Positions 23,685 to 38,108 of a stretch of 64,000 bases of DNA are shown here, piece by piece. Below the pieces are notes generated by a model, which worked only from the letters and a program-made list of their open reading frames with translations, was not told where the DNA came from and did not search any database. Source of the DNA: Octopus sinensis (lineage: Eukaryota). Numbering within the stretch: the first letter of the stretch is position 1; the number at the start of each line of letters is the position of its first letter. The stretch lies in assembly GCF_006345805.1 (NCBI RefSeq), contig NC_043021.1, positions 24,552,001 to 24,616,000 on the forward strand, read 5' to 3'. The position numbers and the translations under genes were made by a program.

Positions 23685-24257
23685 ATACATACATGTTTAC
23701 AGACACATTTGCATAAAGTGATAGGTGAAGCTTGTTATTGGTAAGTTTGCTTTAAAATAACAACCTTCTTCTAACACAAATACGCACACACATACAGATA
23801 CACACACACATACAGTAAAGCGTTCACACAAATTCACATGCGGATGGATGGATGGATGGATGGAGAGAGAGGGGGAGAATGACAGAAAGAGAGAGAGAGA
23901 GAGATTAGGACATTAGTTTATCTTTATTTGTATCCTGAACTGGAATGGTCGCAGAATGGAATAGCCGGTGCCACTTATTAACTGACTAATTAAATATCAT
24001 CAAAAGAAGAAGAAGAAGAAAAAAAACAACCCCGAGAGCCAGTTGGTAAGATTTGCGGATAGTGAAAATATAGCGTCATGTTAAATAATACTGTTTTGTT
24101 TAAGCTGTTCAATTAAAAAAAAAAGGGAAGCGCAGTAGCTGCATCTCTCAACGGTTTGAAGACATCAGCTACGCGAAACTGAAAGCTATTTTATCTGCAT
24201 CTCACTGCTTCTCGTTTGTTGGTTTTTGCGAGTTTGACTGATTTAAATAATAATGAT

Positions 24258-24357
24258 NNNNNNNNNNNNNNNNNNNNNNNNNNNNNNNNNNNNNNNNNNN
24301 NNNNNNNNNNNNNNNNNNNNNNNNNNNNNNNNNNNNNNNNNNNNNNNNNNNNNNNNN
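24258..24357. other. Assembly gap
   Basis: Run of 100 N. Confidence 1.
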
Positions 24358-25070
24358 AGCCTCGGTACCTGATATCTGAGTGAAAGACAGAATGGTCACG
24401 AGTGAAATGCTTTTGAACATAGATATGCTTATTTACGGCTGAGCTGGGACTAAACGTCCCTACCATCACCACTATCACGAACAACAACAACAACAACAAC
24501 AGCAACTATTTAGATCATTCTGGGAGGGGCTTTGGTAGTATGACCTTTCATACGGCGATCTACTATTTGTAGGTTTAGTACACACTTACGACTGATGTTT
24601 CTACGTTTTAGTAATTTCTTACGGTTATGATGTTTTCCACTTATTATTCGCAGTTCTCTCTTTAAGGGCATTAACATAGCTTTTATTGTCTCTTGCTGAC
24701 AATGCCAATAGACAGTCATAGTGTTTCATAAATTTATTACTCATTTTCTACTTGATAATAGTATCTAATTGCCCGATATATTTTCTGAGTCAACCGACAC
24801 TTGTATGGTGTGAGGTCATCCATTTTGGCTGTGTTTTCTCTTTACGATCGATCTTTATTACAACTATTTCATTGCGTCATAGTCAAATATTCAGCGTCTG
24901 GAAGATGGAGACTTCGATCTGTGCATAATTACACATTATGGTAGGTCACACTGCCAAGGTCGTAAACGTTTCTCTTTAGAATGATCGAGAATCATTTTGG
25001 AGTGGCATCTGGAACGTAAGTTAAACAACACAACGGTAATGCAATACATGTATCTGTGTATGTATGTGTG

Positions 25071-25113
<43 letters not shown>

Positions 25114-25609
25114 AGATATAATATATATAATATATAATATATGTATGTGTATGTATGTATATATGTATATAGGCATGTATATGTGCGTATATATATATGT
25201 ATTTGTCTATACATATGTATATACATACATATATATATAGTCCGTATTTATTATGGCTTAGCGGAATCCTAATGGAACCAAGACATTTCCTCGAGCAGAG
25301 ATGCAGTCTTTTAAGAGACAAAGAAAAAAAAAAGAAAACAAAATGAAAACAATATGCCAACAAACCACACAACACATTACACATAAGATATAATAAAGTT
25401 GTTTTGCCATAAATTTCAGTTTTCAACCCATGCACAGAACAGTCGTGTCTAACAAGCGAAGTATGGTGGTTTCTAGCTGAAGCAGGGCTCTTTTATGCTC
25501 GGCACTATCGCACTGGGCCCATGGCGGTACACATCGGGCAAAATTCTGTCTGAAATAACTCTTTCTGGTAAAGGAACAAAGACTGACATTTGGCGGGGAA
25601 GTGCAAGTC

Positions 25610-25772
25610 GATTCCATCGACCTTAGGACTCAACTGGTACTTATTCAATTGACCACAAAAGGATGAAAAGCAGTGTCGACCTCGGCGGAATTTGAACTCA
25701 AAACATAAGGGCGGACGAAAAAGCCGTTAAGTGTTTTGTCCGTCGTGCTAACGATTCTGCCAGCTTGCCGCC
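25610..25772 (-). mobile_element. SINE family B
   Basis: ggatgaaaagcagtgtcgacctcggcggaatttgaactca..gctaacgattctgccagcttgcc is the reverse-complement tRNA head plus core. Confidence 0.85.
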
Positions 25773-27834
25773 TTTACAGGTCTGAAATAATGTACATTGT
25801 ACGGACAGATTCGGCAATGAGTCAATGCGTGTGTGGGCAGGAGTGTATGTGTATGCGCACTGGTGTGTGTATGTGTGTGTGTGCGTATGTGTGTACACAC
25901 ATGCAACCATACACTTCCACCACACATATTAATTCCCGATTTCAAAGTTTTATCTCCGAAAAATTAGTACACGGTTTCAAATACAGTGTAGTAACAGTGG
26001 GAAATTATTTATTATTTCATTTTAATTATATTCTTAAAATATTCAGGTATTGCGCTCTGTAAATCGGATTCAATTTTATATTTTGAATATAAATTATCAG
26101 CCCGATTCTTAGAGCATGGCACTTGAAGAGTTCAGAAGTGTAAGCAAATTTTGTCCTGAAATAATGACTGATTGAATTATTTCTGTTCTCTTTCATGGTG
26201 TCTGAAACCGCGTATCAAATTTTCGAAGATATATTTTTCAATGGCTAAATTGAATACTGTTCTCTCAATATATACGGTCCGTATATTCTTAGATATTTTA
26301 TGTCAAATATAATTGTCTCTGATATTGTTTCAGATATTGGGAGAACACTTCCAGTGTTAGGAATTTAACATTCTTAGTAAATGGTACCTAGAATGCATTT
26401 TCTTGCTGTCTTACCCTTTAATTTTGTGCTGGAATCACCCCGTCTGGTTGTATTTATAAATTCTTTATAAATAGCTTACTGTTGCCACCAGACATAAATT
26501 TAGAAGATTGAATGGACCAACTGGTTGTATTACGGATTCATTGTATATATACTTTTCTATATTACTAATCGCTAAATCTCTATTATCAGCGTCACACAAT
26601 ACAGCAAATTTCATTAGGCCGTTCGCCATCTCCTCTCTCATACAGACGTGTGACAGACATTATTTCCTCTTATGTCACACAGATGGAAACGATTTAATCC
26701 ATGTTCCAGAAATTCAATGCATTGATTCCGAGCTATAATTTACTGATAATTGGTTTCAATTTCCGCTTTTCAATCGATTTTCTACATGCATATGACTTTT
26801 ATAAGCTTTCAGAATTCCAGAGATATGTGATATAAACTCTGCTGTGTTGTTCACTTTCCATTTAATTAAACAATATTTACATCGAGACTTATTTTGATCT
26901 GGGTCTTCAGAATATTCCCTTAAGCTTGAAAAATTCCTTGAATAACTTTTATAAATGTATGCCATATAATTTTATCCAGGAGAATTCGTCCTTAAGGAGA
27001 TCAAATGATATGGGAACACCAGCGTCTGATGATTCGCCTTGTTTTAGCTCTCAAGCCTCTTTCAGAAGTGTTTCCAAGACAAAATATTACGACTAGTGCC
27101 GTTCCACGTTTGCATGTTACATTGTAAATGTTACACCAGATTATTATATAATTTTTACTAATAATTTAATAGATCCATCAACTTCAAACACGAATGTTCG
27201 GTTGGTTGAGCAAATTCATTCGCTGCTCATTAAATCAGTTTGTAAGTAGTTGAGTATTCCACAGACTCTTAGCGTATTTCTCAGGCAGAATCAATGACAG
27301 TGTACCAATGTGTGACAAGGATGGGTACCTTTTGATTTATCGATACAGTCCATCTGACGGTCTTCCACACAATTTCCATCAACTCAATTTCACTTACAAC
27401 GCGAGAACATCGTATAAGATACTTGCTTAAGACAAGACACAGGGGAAACGAACCCGGACCACGCGATTAGATAGCTAACCTCTTAATTACTCAGCAATCC
27501 TAAAACCATGATTCTATTAATATTTTTTTCTTTCTGCCAAGAGATAAATTCGGAAGAATGGATGTAGTGGGCAACTCTGGCTTCTATTTAATATGGCTTA
27601 TACGACCTGACGTTACGCAATACATTGCGTTAAACATGTCCGTTTAGCGGAAAACGTGTCACAACTTGAGTCTCCGAACCAATGTTGCGCCATAGTAAGG
27701 GGGTTCATACTTGCAGATTTTACACTTTCTATCTCTTGCTGTTTGTTTTGTATCAAACAAGGAAAGGCGATTTAATTGGTGTTTTAAAAAAATCGAATGC
27801 AATGAAACCGAGGTACACACACACACACAACACA

Positions 27835-28050
27835 CACACACACACTCCCTCTCTTGCCTCTCTCCCTCTCTCTGTCTCTCTCCTTTCCCCTCTGTCTCTC
27901 TCCCCTTCTATCTCTCTCCCTCCCTCCCTCCTCCCTCTCTCTGTCTCCCCTTCTGTCTCCCTCCCTCCCCCCCTCTCTCCCCTCCCCTCCCCTCCCCTCC
28001 CCTCTTCTCCCCTCCCCTCCCCTCCCCTCCCCTCTTTCTCCCTCCCCCTC
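27835..28050. repeat. Polypyrimidine low-complexity tract (CT/CCCCT)n
   Basis: Direct reading of the sequence. Confidence 0.95.
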
Positions 28051-28141
28051 TCTTGTTCCAGCTTATCAAAGTTTGTGAGAGTCGAAGCTTAGCCTTGCAT
28101 CTACCTAAAGGTAGATTCGAAGACTCCTCCCTTATATCTAG

Positions 28142-28818
28142 AGCGAGTGCTAGATATCTATATATCTTATATTTTGGGAAATGTTATCCAATATAACATA
28201 AAAATTGATCCAAGATTTCGGAGGTGGGGGTTGTTATATATAAGATATATAGATAAACTAGCACTCGCTAAGTTTCTATGTTTGCTGGGGAACGTATTTT
28301 TCTCTTGCTCAAAGCGAATCGATCTTCTCGCCATAATAACGAACTGATACAAGGAAGTGAAATTCACCCAGTCTTGCCTTCTCTCTCTCGCCGGGACATG
28401 GGTTGAGACGCTTTAATTGGTATTCCAGAAGAGAACAATCCACTGGATTAAGCGATTATTGGTTTCCATTTCCATTCCTTAATCCATTTATAAGAGTTCT
28501 GTAATTTACCTGAAGCGCTTCAGTGTGTAAATGATATAAATATTTTAAAGAAGACCTTTAACAATACAGGTGAGAAGTTTGAAAAAAATATATAAAGTGA
28601 TGCCAGTAACGAAACTGACAAAATATATATTCACTCGATAAAAGTTGTTTAATGTTTCTATAATATTTAGGAAATATTTCCCCTCATCAAATATAAGAAT
28701 CGGAGAATTCAGAGAAAATGTGGTATTATCACCGGAATGGCAGGCTGATAATAATGACCCCCACCTCCGAAATCTTGGATTAATTTCTATGGATAAAGGA
28801 AAACTTTCCCAAAATATA
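28142..28818. mobile_element. Nested inverted repeats (MITE-like element plus local fold-back)
   Basis: 28170-28237 pairs with 28751-28818, and 28142-28171 pairs with 28239-28269. Confidence 0.6.
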
Positions 28819-28864
28819 AAACCTTCAAATGTTGGTACAAGGCCAGTAATTGTGAGAGGCGGGG

Positions 28865-29020
28865 TAAGCCGATTCCATCGACCCCAATTCTCAACTTGAC
28901 TTAAAAAGATAAAAGGTAAAGTCGATCTCGGTAGAATATGAACTCAGAACATAAGGACGGACGAAATGCCGCCAAGCAGTTTGTCCGGCAGTTCTAACGA
29001 TTCTGCAAGCTCGTTGCCTT
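28865..29020 (-). mobile_element. SINE family B, diverged
   Basis: aaggtaaagtcgatctcggtagaatatgaactcagaac..ctaacgattctgcaagctcg. Confidence 0.8.
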
Positions 29021-29989
29021 GCTCTTCCGAAATATAATACATGCATTAAACAACTTATGGAAGGTGACACAATATTTTGTCTTTCTTTTTAATGACATCA
29101 CCTTGTATATTTGACTTCACTTGTAACCTGCATTGCTTAAAGGTCTTAAAAATCGATTATTTTCCGAATATAGATGTCTCTTTCAAATAGTTTCGAAACT
29201 ACCTTCATTTACAATAGCACCGTTTTCAATACTGTGCATTCTCTTTATTTCATAATATATATATATATATAAAAGAAACCCCCAACCCCTCAATATATTT
29301 GAACTGAAATGCATATTGATTTTTACTTCAGGAATTAACATCTGCTGGTTGATAGCATCTCAAATATATTTTATGCTCGTGGAATTTTTATGCTTGGAAG
29401 TATTGACTCGAAGATATTTAGTTATAATCGTCAATATTAAGGATTTATTTACCATGAGACATTTGGAAATGCGAGTTAACTCTTTCTCTACGTCGCTGAT
29501 TCTCTGCACTGCATCTTCCTTATATGGATAACAAAAGCTATCGTTATGTTATATACCTATTCGATAAATTTCTATGTTTACCCCCAAAACTTATTATTTG
29601 TGTATGTGTGTAGATTTTCAAGTCATTGCGGCAGATCGACAAACGAGAATAAATTTCCTTGTGTCCCTTTTCTTTATCCTTTTGACGAAGGGACACAAGA
29701 TCGTACCATTGTATCCCACAAGCACCACTTCCATTCCTGTTCCACAATTCACAATTCTAGGGTTTCCAGCTTTAATATACTCACAAATGACTCCAAGTTT
29801 CTTTTCCCAAATATATTTTTCGTCGGCTCAAACATGTTTTGGTGTTCTGGAATCTCCTGTTTTGCTGATAATACCATTTTCAATCTCTTCACAAAAAATT
29901 ATCTGCAACAAGAATTTTTAGTTGCGTTTTTTTAAAAATTCTATTTATATCTCTTTTCTCTATGATCTCTGCTCTTGCCGAACCGCTAT

Positions 29990-30027
<38 letters not shown>

Positions 30028-30749
30028 ATACAAACCACACACACACATATGCATACATATGTATATGTTATGCAAGTATATGGTACACTACCGTCAGAAA
30101 TAATTAGCACCTTTGATTTGCTCTTCACTCAAGGTATGGGTTGTCACCCTAGTGGCAATATCTCGAACTATTGCTTTGTTGGGAGTCACTGTTGCGCAGA
30201 ATGAGACGTAACTTTGTTTGCAGAGCAGTTGGAGTCTACAGCCTTATGATGTTGACCATGCAGTGCAACAACTTGGAGTGCGAATGCAGACAAATCATCC
30301 TTTGTTTAATAGATATAGGTTAGCGCCTCGCAAGGACCGAAATCACCCCATGCTAGTTTTCTCATCGCGTAAGACGTTTTGAACAGCTCATAGGTTATTT
30401 GATTAACCTATTTAATGTAGAAATTTGAGAAGTGCTAATTAATTTCTGACGCAAGTGTATATATTTATATGTGTAACTATTCATAGTCATGTTATAGTCA
30501 TGCGACAGCCGGATAAAATGCATCGTAGATTTTGAACCGGCTGTTCTCTTCACTTCGAGTTCAAACTTATCCTAGGGCATTTATATCTTTTAACCCATAT
30601 GGAGTTGACAGATATAGAACGAGTCGCGGGTAATGGACTGATGAAGGTGAGAGTTCGAATCTCACTTCCTGTCACCAGGAAACCCTGTGAAAAGGAATAT
30701 AAGTAAATAAATGTAGAAAAGACGGTTTTTTACTGATTATGTATACAAA

Positions 30750-31030
30750 TGGTTTGTGAGTGATTTTGAGAGACAGAAACTGTGCGGAAGCCCGTTGTAT
30801 ACATACATAAACATATATGTATGTATACATGTCTTTGGTACAGTGTTTGTCCTCTCCATCATCACTTGACAACCAGCATTAATTTGTTTACGACCCAGTA
30901 ACTTAGCGGTTCGGCAAAAGCAATTGATATACTTGAAAAGACAAATAAGTACTAGGGTCGATTTGTTCGATGAAACCCTTCAAGGTGGTGCCCCAGCATG
31001 GCCACAGTCCAGTGACTGAAACAAAAAAAA
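30750..31030 (+). mobile_element. SINE family A, 5'-truncated
   Basis: cttgacaacc..taacttagcggttcggcaaaag..ccccagcatggccacagtccagtgactgaaac. Confidence 0.8.
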
Positions 31031-31639
31031 AATCAATGGTAAATGGTAAACATCTATAACTCCGAACAAACGTATTCGGTGGATGGAAGCGAAAATTGAA
31101 ATTAGCAAATTATTCTGTGTGACAGTTTCGTAATTATTTCTTTTGCTTCTTGTTTCGTTTCGTTTCGTTATCGATCTTGTTTTTGTAATTTCAAAAACAA
31201 ACTCATTCATTGCCCCCCCCCCACCACACCCACCTCGCACCCAGCTTGTCGGTTTTTGACTGATTTTATTCGTTTTTTATTTGCTGCAGTTGATAATAAC
31301 TTCCCAAACCGTTTCATATATTTCCTATCTTTTACGTTGTAATAAAAGTTGCAATGATAAACAACCCAGCCCCACCAACATCACCATAAAAAAGGAAAAA
31401 AAAAAAAAAGACCCAAAAGAAATTTAAAAAACCCAAACAAAACAACGTCGTCTGAGAGCGACAGATTTGATGTTTTTAAGTGAATAAATAAAACACAGCC
31501 TGATAATTGTTGCTTTGTTTACAGCCAAAATGATATTTCCATGTTTAAGCTTCTGCAAAAACAATAACTAAAACAAACGACCAGAAAAAAAAAGAAAAAT
31601 GTCAAAATCAATCCAATACACATCACACACACACACATG

Positions 31640-31811
31640 TATGCATATATACAGATATCTACATATCATATATATATATATATATAGATATATATATATA
31701 TATATAATATATATATATATCTATATATATTATATATAATTTATTAAATTAGAGACAAAACCATATTATGCAAATATGTCAGCAATATATATACATGTAT
31801 ATATATGTATG

Positions 31812-31855
<44 letters not shown>

Positions 31856-31879
31856 ATATATATAATATATATACAATAT

Positions 31880-31927
<48 letters not shown>

Positions 31928-32162
31928 CACACATATATACATACATAAACAACACACACACACACAACATATATATATATAATTTACACATATCCTAATA
32001 AGATATGCGTATTAACAGACGACCTACGCTGGCGTAACCATTCAAACGTGTGTGTACGAATGTGTGTGCGTGCATGTATATATGTGTGTGCACGTGTATG
32101 TATTATGTGTGTGGGTGTAATATTATATATATATATGTATGTATTATATATATATGTATATG

Positions 32163-32235
<73 letters not shown>

Positions 32236-33139
32236 TATATATACGTTTATATCCGGCGAATGAAAAGAGAAGTGCTCAAAACACGTCTAGAGGTTGGGTT
32301 TCTAAATTGAAATTGAAACTGAGAATTTCAGCTTCAATAATATACACACACATACACACACACACACGCACACACCACACACACCACACACACACACACA
32401 CACACATACACGAACAAACATTTTTATACGCGCTTAATGAATATCCTTCATATACTTGCATGTGCTCATACGCTCGCACGCTTGCACACACACAAAAAAA
32501 CACACACACACACACACAGGCATACCTGCTCATAACACATGCACTTACCTGCACACATCAACTCAAAAAGGCACTCACACACATCATCATGCACATAAAT
32601 AGAAAATGTACCCGGATCCTCCGTCGTTCTCGACGAAGTGCATTCCAGCTATTCGATCTCTTGAACTCTCTACTCATTGCATTTGACTGTAAGCGTTTGA
32701 GTTTTTACACAAATTGTTGAAATATTGAGAAAATAATGTTCACTGGAACAGTGTGGTAATAAAGCGGCAGTTCTGAATTACAAATACAACCCATTCGAAG
32801 GGGGTGGGCTTCACATTTCCTGTTTGCCCACGTAAATTCACAACGTTTAGACAGACCCAAAGCTGTGATAAAAACACACTTCAGATGTCACGCTGTGGGA
32901 TCGAACCCTGAAACTCACAATTGCGAAGTGAACTTTTTTAAACACTCGGTTATTTACGCATGCATACACACCATGTCTATTATACATATGCATGCGTATA
33001 TTATACACACACATACATACATGCATACATACATATACACATACATAATGCATATACATATATACATACATGTATATTCATACATATAAACAAACATACA
33101 GGCTCAATATATATATATATACATACATATATATATATA

Positions 33140-33199
<60 letters not shown>

Positions 33200-33300
33200 T
33201 ATGTATATATATATATATGTATGTATATATTATATATATATATATATATTATATATATTATATATATATATATATATATACATCATATTATATATATACA
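31640..33300. repeat. Compound (TA)n/(CA)n/(TG)n microsatellite field
   Basis: Direct reading. It is the source of many spurious YI/HT ORFs. Confidence 0.9.
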
Positions 33301-33475
33301 CATACATACATTCACATAGACATGCGTACACCATACATAAAATATAAAAAAAAACCGCTAAACAAAAATATCATAACTCCACTACTAACGTTTTAAAACG
33401 TGTGTTTGTAAATGTTTATATGAGAGTGCGTGTCTGTATATGTGTGTGTGTGACTGTGCTTGTATGCGTGTGTAT

Positions 33476-33512
<37 letters not shown>

Positions 33513-33586
33513 CTCTGCCATATCACATTGTGACAGTATGTCTATATCCCTACCAAATGTCTGTCTTCTTTATTTCATGGCCATTA

Positions 33587-33617
<31 letters not shown>

Positions 33618-34324
33618 TCTCCTCCTCTTCCTCCTCCTCTTCTTCTTCCTCCTCCTGTTCCAGATTATTGTTATGATATTCAATGAAACACCTAACAACA
33701 TACACAAATACACAACCAGCAAATATTTCTCTAATGAAATATTCTGCAAAAAAGCAACAAGCGAACCATTTTGAAAATAGAAGTTCATTCGCTGATGGTT
33801 TTTGTTTATTTCCAGAGCATGGAACAAACACTGCAGGCGAACATCATCTCTTTTCTTCTCGTATAAAATTTAATGTTTGTTTCAAATTTTTGGCACAAGA
33901 TCAGCAAGTTAAAGGAGAGAGAATAAGTTGATTACATTGAAAGGACGTGACTTTAAGTAAATTGCTTCAGAGGGTTGGTGAGCTGCCTGGAAGATGCTGA
34001 AAAGGTGTCAAGGAGGGCACCAGATTGCCCGAGGGACTCCGATCCTTGATTTCTTGTCGAGGTTGACAGACTTGGTTTTTCGCAAAGCATTCATGTTTGT
34101 GCTTAGAGTTTCTTTCATAACAAACAATGCTAATTAACTCGTAGCTGGAGCCCCATCAGGGATCAGAGTAGACCTGGGAACAGGGTTTCTTCACTCTTCA
34201 AAAGCTTGAAACTCCCCAACCAGTGCACCATTAACGAATGCAGCTTAAAGTCATATCAAGGACATAAAAGTTTGCAGAAATAACAACAACAACAACAACA
34301 ACAACAACAATAATAATAATAATA

Positions 34325-34883
34325 AATGCCCTGATGCAGTACCAGGCAGTGGCTCTCATGGGTTCTGATCTTAACTGATTGGAAGTGTTATCATGTACAT
34401 TGTTTTGTCTTGGTATAAAAGATGGGCTGCAGCAAATATTCTGCTCAATACCACAGATTTGCTTGTCAGTTGTTTGACCTTAATCAGTTGAGCATGTCCC
34501 TTTGTGGCTGACGATATGTGCATCTCTGATCACGAGCAGAAGTAGTGGGGGAGCATCATGGCCGTGTGTTGAGAAGAATTCTTTGGGGGTTTGAATAAAT
34601 AACCTCTGGAAACATTGGTGGTTCTTTGCAACATCCTTAAACAACCCTTATTCAGGGACCTTTTGAGCGGGATGGGCTACTCAACCTGAAGAAAATTCTA
34701 ACTGGGCCCCACCTGCAAGGTCATGTGCAGTTTATCTTGATATGAGATCATCAGGTCGCGCACATATGGTTGTGATGCATGTGCCCAGTGTACCCTTATC
34801 AGACGGGTAGTCATGATGGGTATGCTGGGCTTCGTATATTTTACCCCAGTGTCACTTTGATGGCATGAACTGCTCTCTCACTC

Positions 34884-34890
<7 letters not shown>
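34325..34890. repeat. Unclassified interspersed repeat flanked by (AAC/AAT)n
   Basis: GC-richer ~560 bp block bounded by (AAC)n(AAT)n on the left and (AAT)n on the right. It is recalled as a common octopus repeat, unverified. Confidence 0.4.
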
Positions 34891-34915
<25 letters not shown>

Positions 34916-34919
34916 TAAT

Positions 34920-35135
34920 CCTTACTACTATAGGCACAAGGCCTAAAATTGTTGGGGATGGGACTAATCGATTATATCGACCCCAGTGTTTCACTTGTAC
35001 TTAATTTATCGACCCCGAAAGAATGAAAGGTAAAGTTGATCTCAGCGGAATTTGAACTCAGAAACTAAATACGGACAACATACTGCTAAGCAATTTTTTT
35101 TGCCTAATGTGCTAACGATTCTGCCAGCTTGCTGC
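34920..35135 (-). mobile_element. SINE family B, tail type 1
   Basis: taggcacaaggcctaaaatt..tcgaccccag..aatttatcgaccccgaaag..gaatttgaactcag..ctaacgattctgccagc. Confidence 0.9.
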
Positions 35136-35136
35136 C

Positions 35137-35170
35137 CTACTACTACTACTACACTACTACTACTACTACC

Positions 35171-35250
<80 letters not shown>

Positions 35251-35251
35251 T

Positions 35252-35288
<37 letters not shown>

Positions 35289-35325
35289 GCTACTACTACT
35301 AATAATAATAATAACAATAATAATA
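35137..35325. repeat. (TAC)n then (AAT)n microsatellite
   Basis: Direct reading. Confidence 0.95.
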
Positions 35326-35745
35326 GTGGCTGTGTGGTTTGGAAGATTGCTTCCTAACCATAAGGTTAAAGGGTTTAGTCCCACTGTGTGGCACCCAGGG
35401 CATGTGTCTTTTACTATAGCCTCGGGCCGAATAAAGCTTTGTGAGTGGATTTGGTGGACAGAAACTGAATGAAACCCGCCGTATATATATATATAAATCT
35501 GTGTGTTTCTTTGTGTCTATGTTTGTCCCCCACCATCACTTGACAACCGGTGTTGGTGTGTTTATATCCCCGTAACTTAGCGGTTCGGCAAAAGAGACCG
35601 ATAAAATAGTACCAGGCTTAGCAAAAAAAAAAAAAAAGGGAAAAAAAAAATACTGGAGTCGATTTATACGACTAAAATTTCTCCAAGGCGGTGTCCCAGC
35701 ATGGCCGCAGTCTAATGACTGAAACAGGTAAAAGGTAAAAGATAA
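35325..35745 (+). mobile_element. SINE family A
   Basis: Head, internal microsatellite and tail as at 2213-2654. Confidence 0.88.
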
Positions 35746-35752
35746 TATATAT

Positions 35753-36165
35753 ATGGAGTGGCTGTTTGGTAAGTAGCTTGCTAACCAACCACATGGTTCC
35801 GGGTTCAGTCCCACTGCGTGGCATCTTGGGCACGTGTCTTCTGCTATAGCCCCGGGCCGACCAATGCCTTGTGAGTGGATTTGGTAGACGGAAACTGAAA
35901 GAAGCCTGTCCGTATATATGTATATATATATAAGTGTGTGTGAATATGTTTGTGTTCTGGTGTTTGTTCCCCTAGCACATTGCTTGACAACCGATGCTGG
36001 TGTGTTTTACGTCCCCGTAACTTAGCGGTTCGGCAAAAGAGACCGATAGAATAAGTACTGGGCTTACAAAGAATAAGTCCCGGGTCGATTTGCTCGACTA
36101 AAGGCGGTGCTCCAGCATGGCCGCAGTCAAATCACTGAAACAAGTAAAAAGAGTAAAAAAAAAGA
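35753..36165 (+). mobile_element. SINE family A (second of a head-to-tail pair)
   Basis: ggagtggctgtttggtaagtagc..ccagcatggccgcagtcaaatcactgaaacaagtaaaaagag. Confidence 0.9.
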
Positions 36166-36501
36166 GTATATATATATGCCGATCTTCCTATTTTGACGAA
36201 GGAAGCTGGATATTATGGTAATGTTTATATGCATTCTCTGCTGGTAGCAGATCCTTGAATTTCTGCACGCTCCATCTGCCAATTCTGATCATTACAACTA
36301 TTATATAATCGCGAGGCCCCAGAAATAGCTGCCGGGCTTAAAATACCATGCCTTCTCCCTTTTCTGTATTTTCTGTACTTCACGTAAATTTATTTATTTT
36401 GCAGATTTATAAATATCTGAATGTTTTTACACGAGTCTCTAGCTTCTGAATATTATCAGCTTTTCTTTCTCTCTATTTATATACATCCTATATATATTAT
36501 A

Positions 36502-36548
<47 letters not shown>

Positions 36549-36556
<8 letters not shown>

Positions 36557-36929
36557 ACGGCAGTTTGTCTGTGTTATGTTTCTGTGTGTCTGTTTTGGTT
36601 GTACCCTCACTCTGACCACGGCTTTCAACCGATTCTGATGAAACGTGACACACACCATAGCCCAATGTCATAATTCAAAACTAACGCAGCGAAAATTTTG
36701 AAAAGTTCCCCCAGTTCTTAAAAAGATCGATAAATTCGACATGGGGTCGACAATCAGAAACACAACCACAGATGGTCTAGGGGACGCAACTCGACCTTTT
36801 TAACTATCAAAAAAAAATTTACCATAATTTTTTCCCCCATTTTTTTGCTATTTTTTGGCTATAACTCTCTAAAAAATGCTTTATAGTTATTTCCCTTACA
36901 AACCCGAGCAACGCCAGGCGATACTGCTA

Positions 36930-36931
<2 letters not shown>
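36549..36931 (+). mobile_element. Non-autonomous Helitron
   Basis: The 5' end reads tatataacggcagtttgtctgtg, with internal accgattctgatgaaac. The 3' end has GC-rich cccgagcaacgccaggcg followed by atactgCTAG-T (36927-36931), matching the Helitron hairpin + CTRR terminus. Confidence 0.7.
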
Positions 36932-36968
<37 letters not shown>

Positions 36969-37499
36969 CATGTATATATATATATATATATATTGTATAT
37001 AATTTTATATAGCAAGCTCAAGCGTGTACGACTCTCACCTCTCTCTCCCCATTTGTCTTCCTCTCCCTCTCTCTATACATACATACATACATACATACAT
37101 ACATACATACATACAAAGATACCCTGTTGATGTTGTTGAAATTCCAATGTAGGAGCCTTGGATCTAGGTTAGAAACCAGTTCTTTCGAAAGAACTGGTTT
37201 CTAACTGGTTTCCATTAGCAAGAAATCTTCAATTAAAACTGAATGATGACATACACATGCTAACCGAATCATAAAACTGCACAAGATATTAAATAAGGGG
37301 AAATATAGAAAGGTCACATAAAACTTTGAAACACACTAAAATTAGCGAAACCGGGTCCAGGTCAGTTAATTAGGATTCCTTTCTATACTACAAAGAAACC
37401 CTTTTAGCCGCAAAATTTAAAAGGCATATACTATAACCGTTTTCTATGCAAAAAGACTCGGAGCAACATGTGACTCTTCATTCGCGCATGCACATGCCT

Positions 37500-37635
37500 T
37501 GTATGCAGAACCTACAACATGTATAATATATATTATATATGTTAAGATGTATATATTATATAACATGGTATCTATATAATATATATTATGAATACATATA
37601 TATAGATATGTATATATGTTATATCTATATACATG

Positions 37636-37701
<66 letters not shown>

Positions 37702-37927
37702 TATAATGTATATATGTATATATATATATATATATATATAGATAATATATGTATATATATGTATATATGTATATATATATAATATAATATATATATATAT
37801 ATGTTATTTAGATATTATATATAATATATATGTATAATATATATATATATATATTATATATATATATATGTATAATATATATGTATATAATAGATATATA
37901 TATGATATGTATAGATATATATATTTC

Positions 37928-38001
<74 letters not shown>

Positions 38002-38022
38002 TATAATATGTATATATATATG

Positions 38023-38069
<47 letters not shown>

Positions 38070-38073
38070 TATG

Positions 38074-38108
<35 letters not shown>

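Noticed and set aside
26100-27170. Coding-like AT-rich stretch on the minus strand (similar cases at 420-700, 21600-21970, 40760-41600, 53600-54330 and 55208-55486)
   Set aside because: Short open frames broken by stops with no motif I can identify. BLASTx would be needed before calling an exon or pseudogene.
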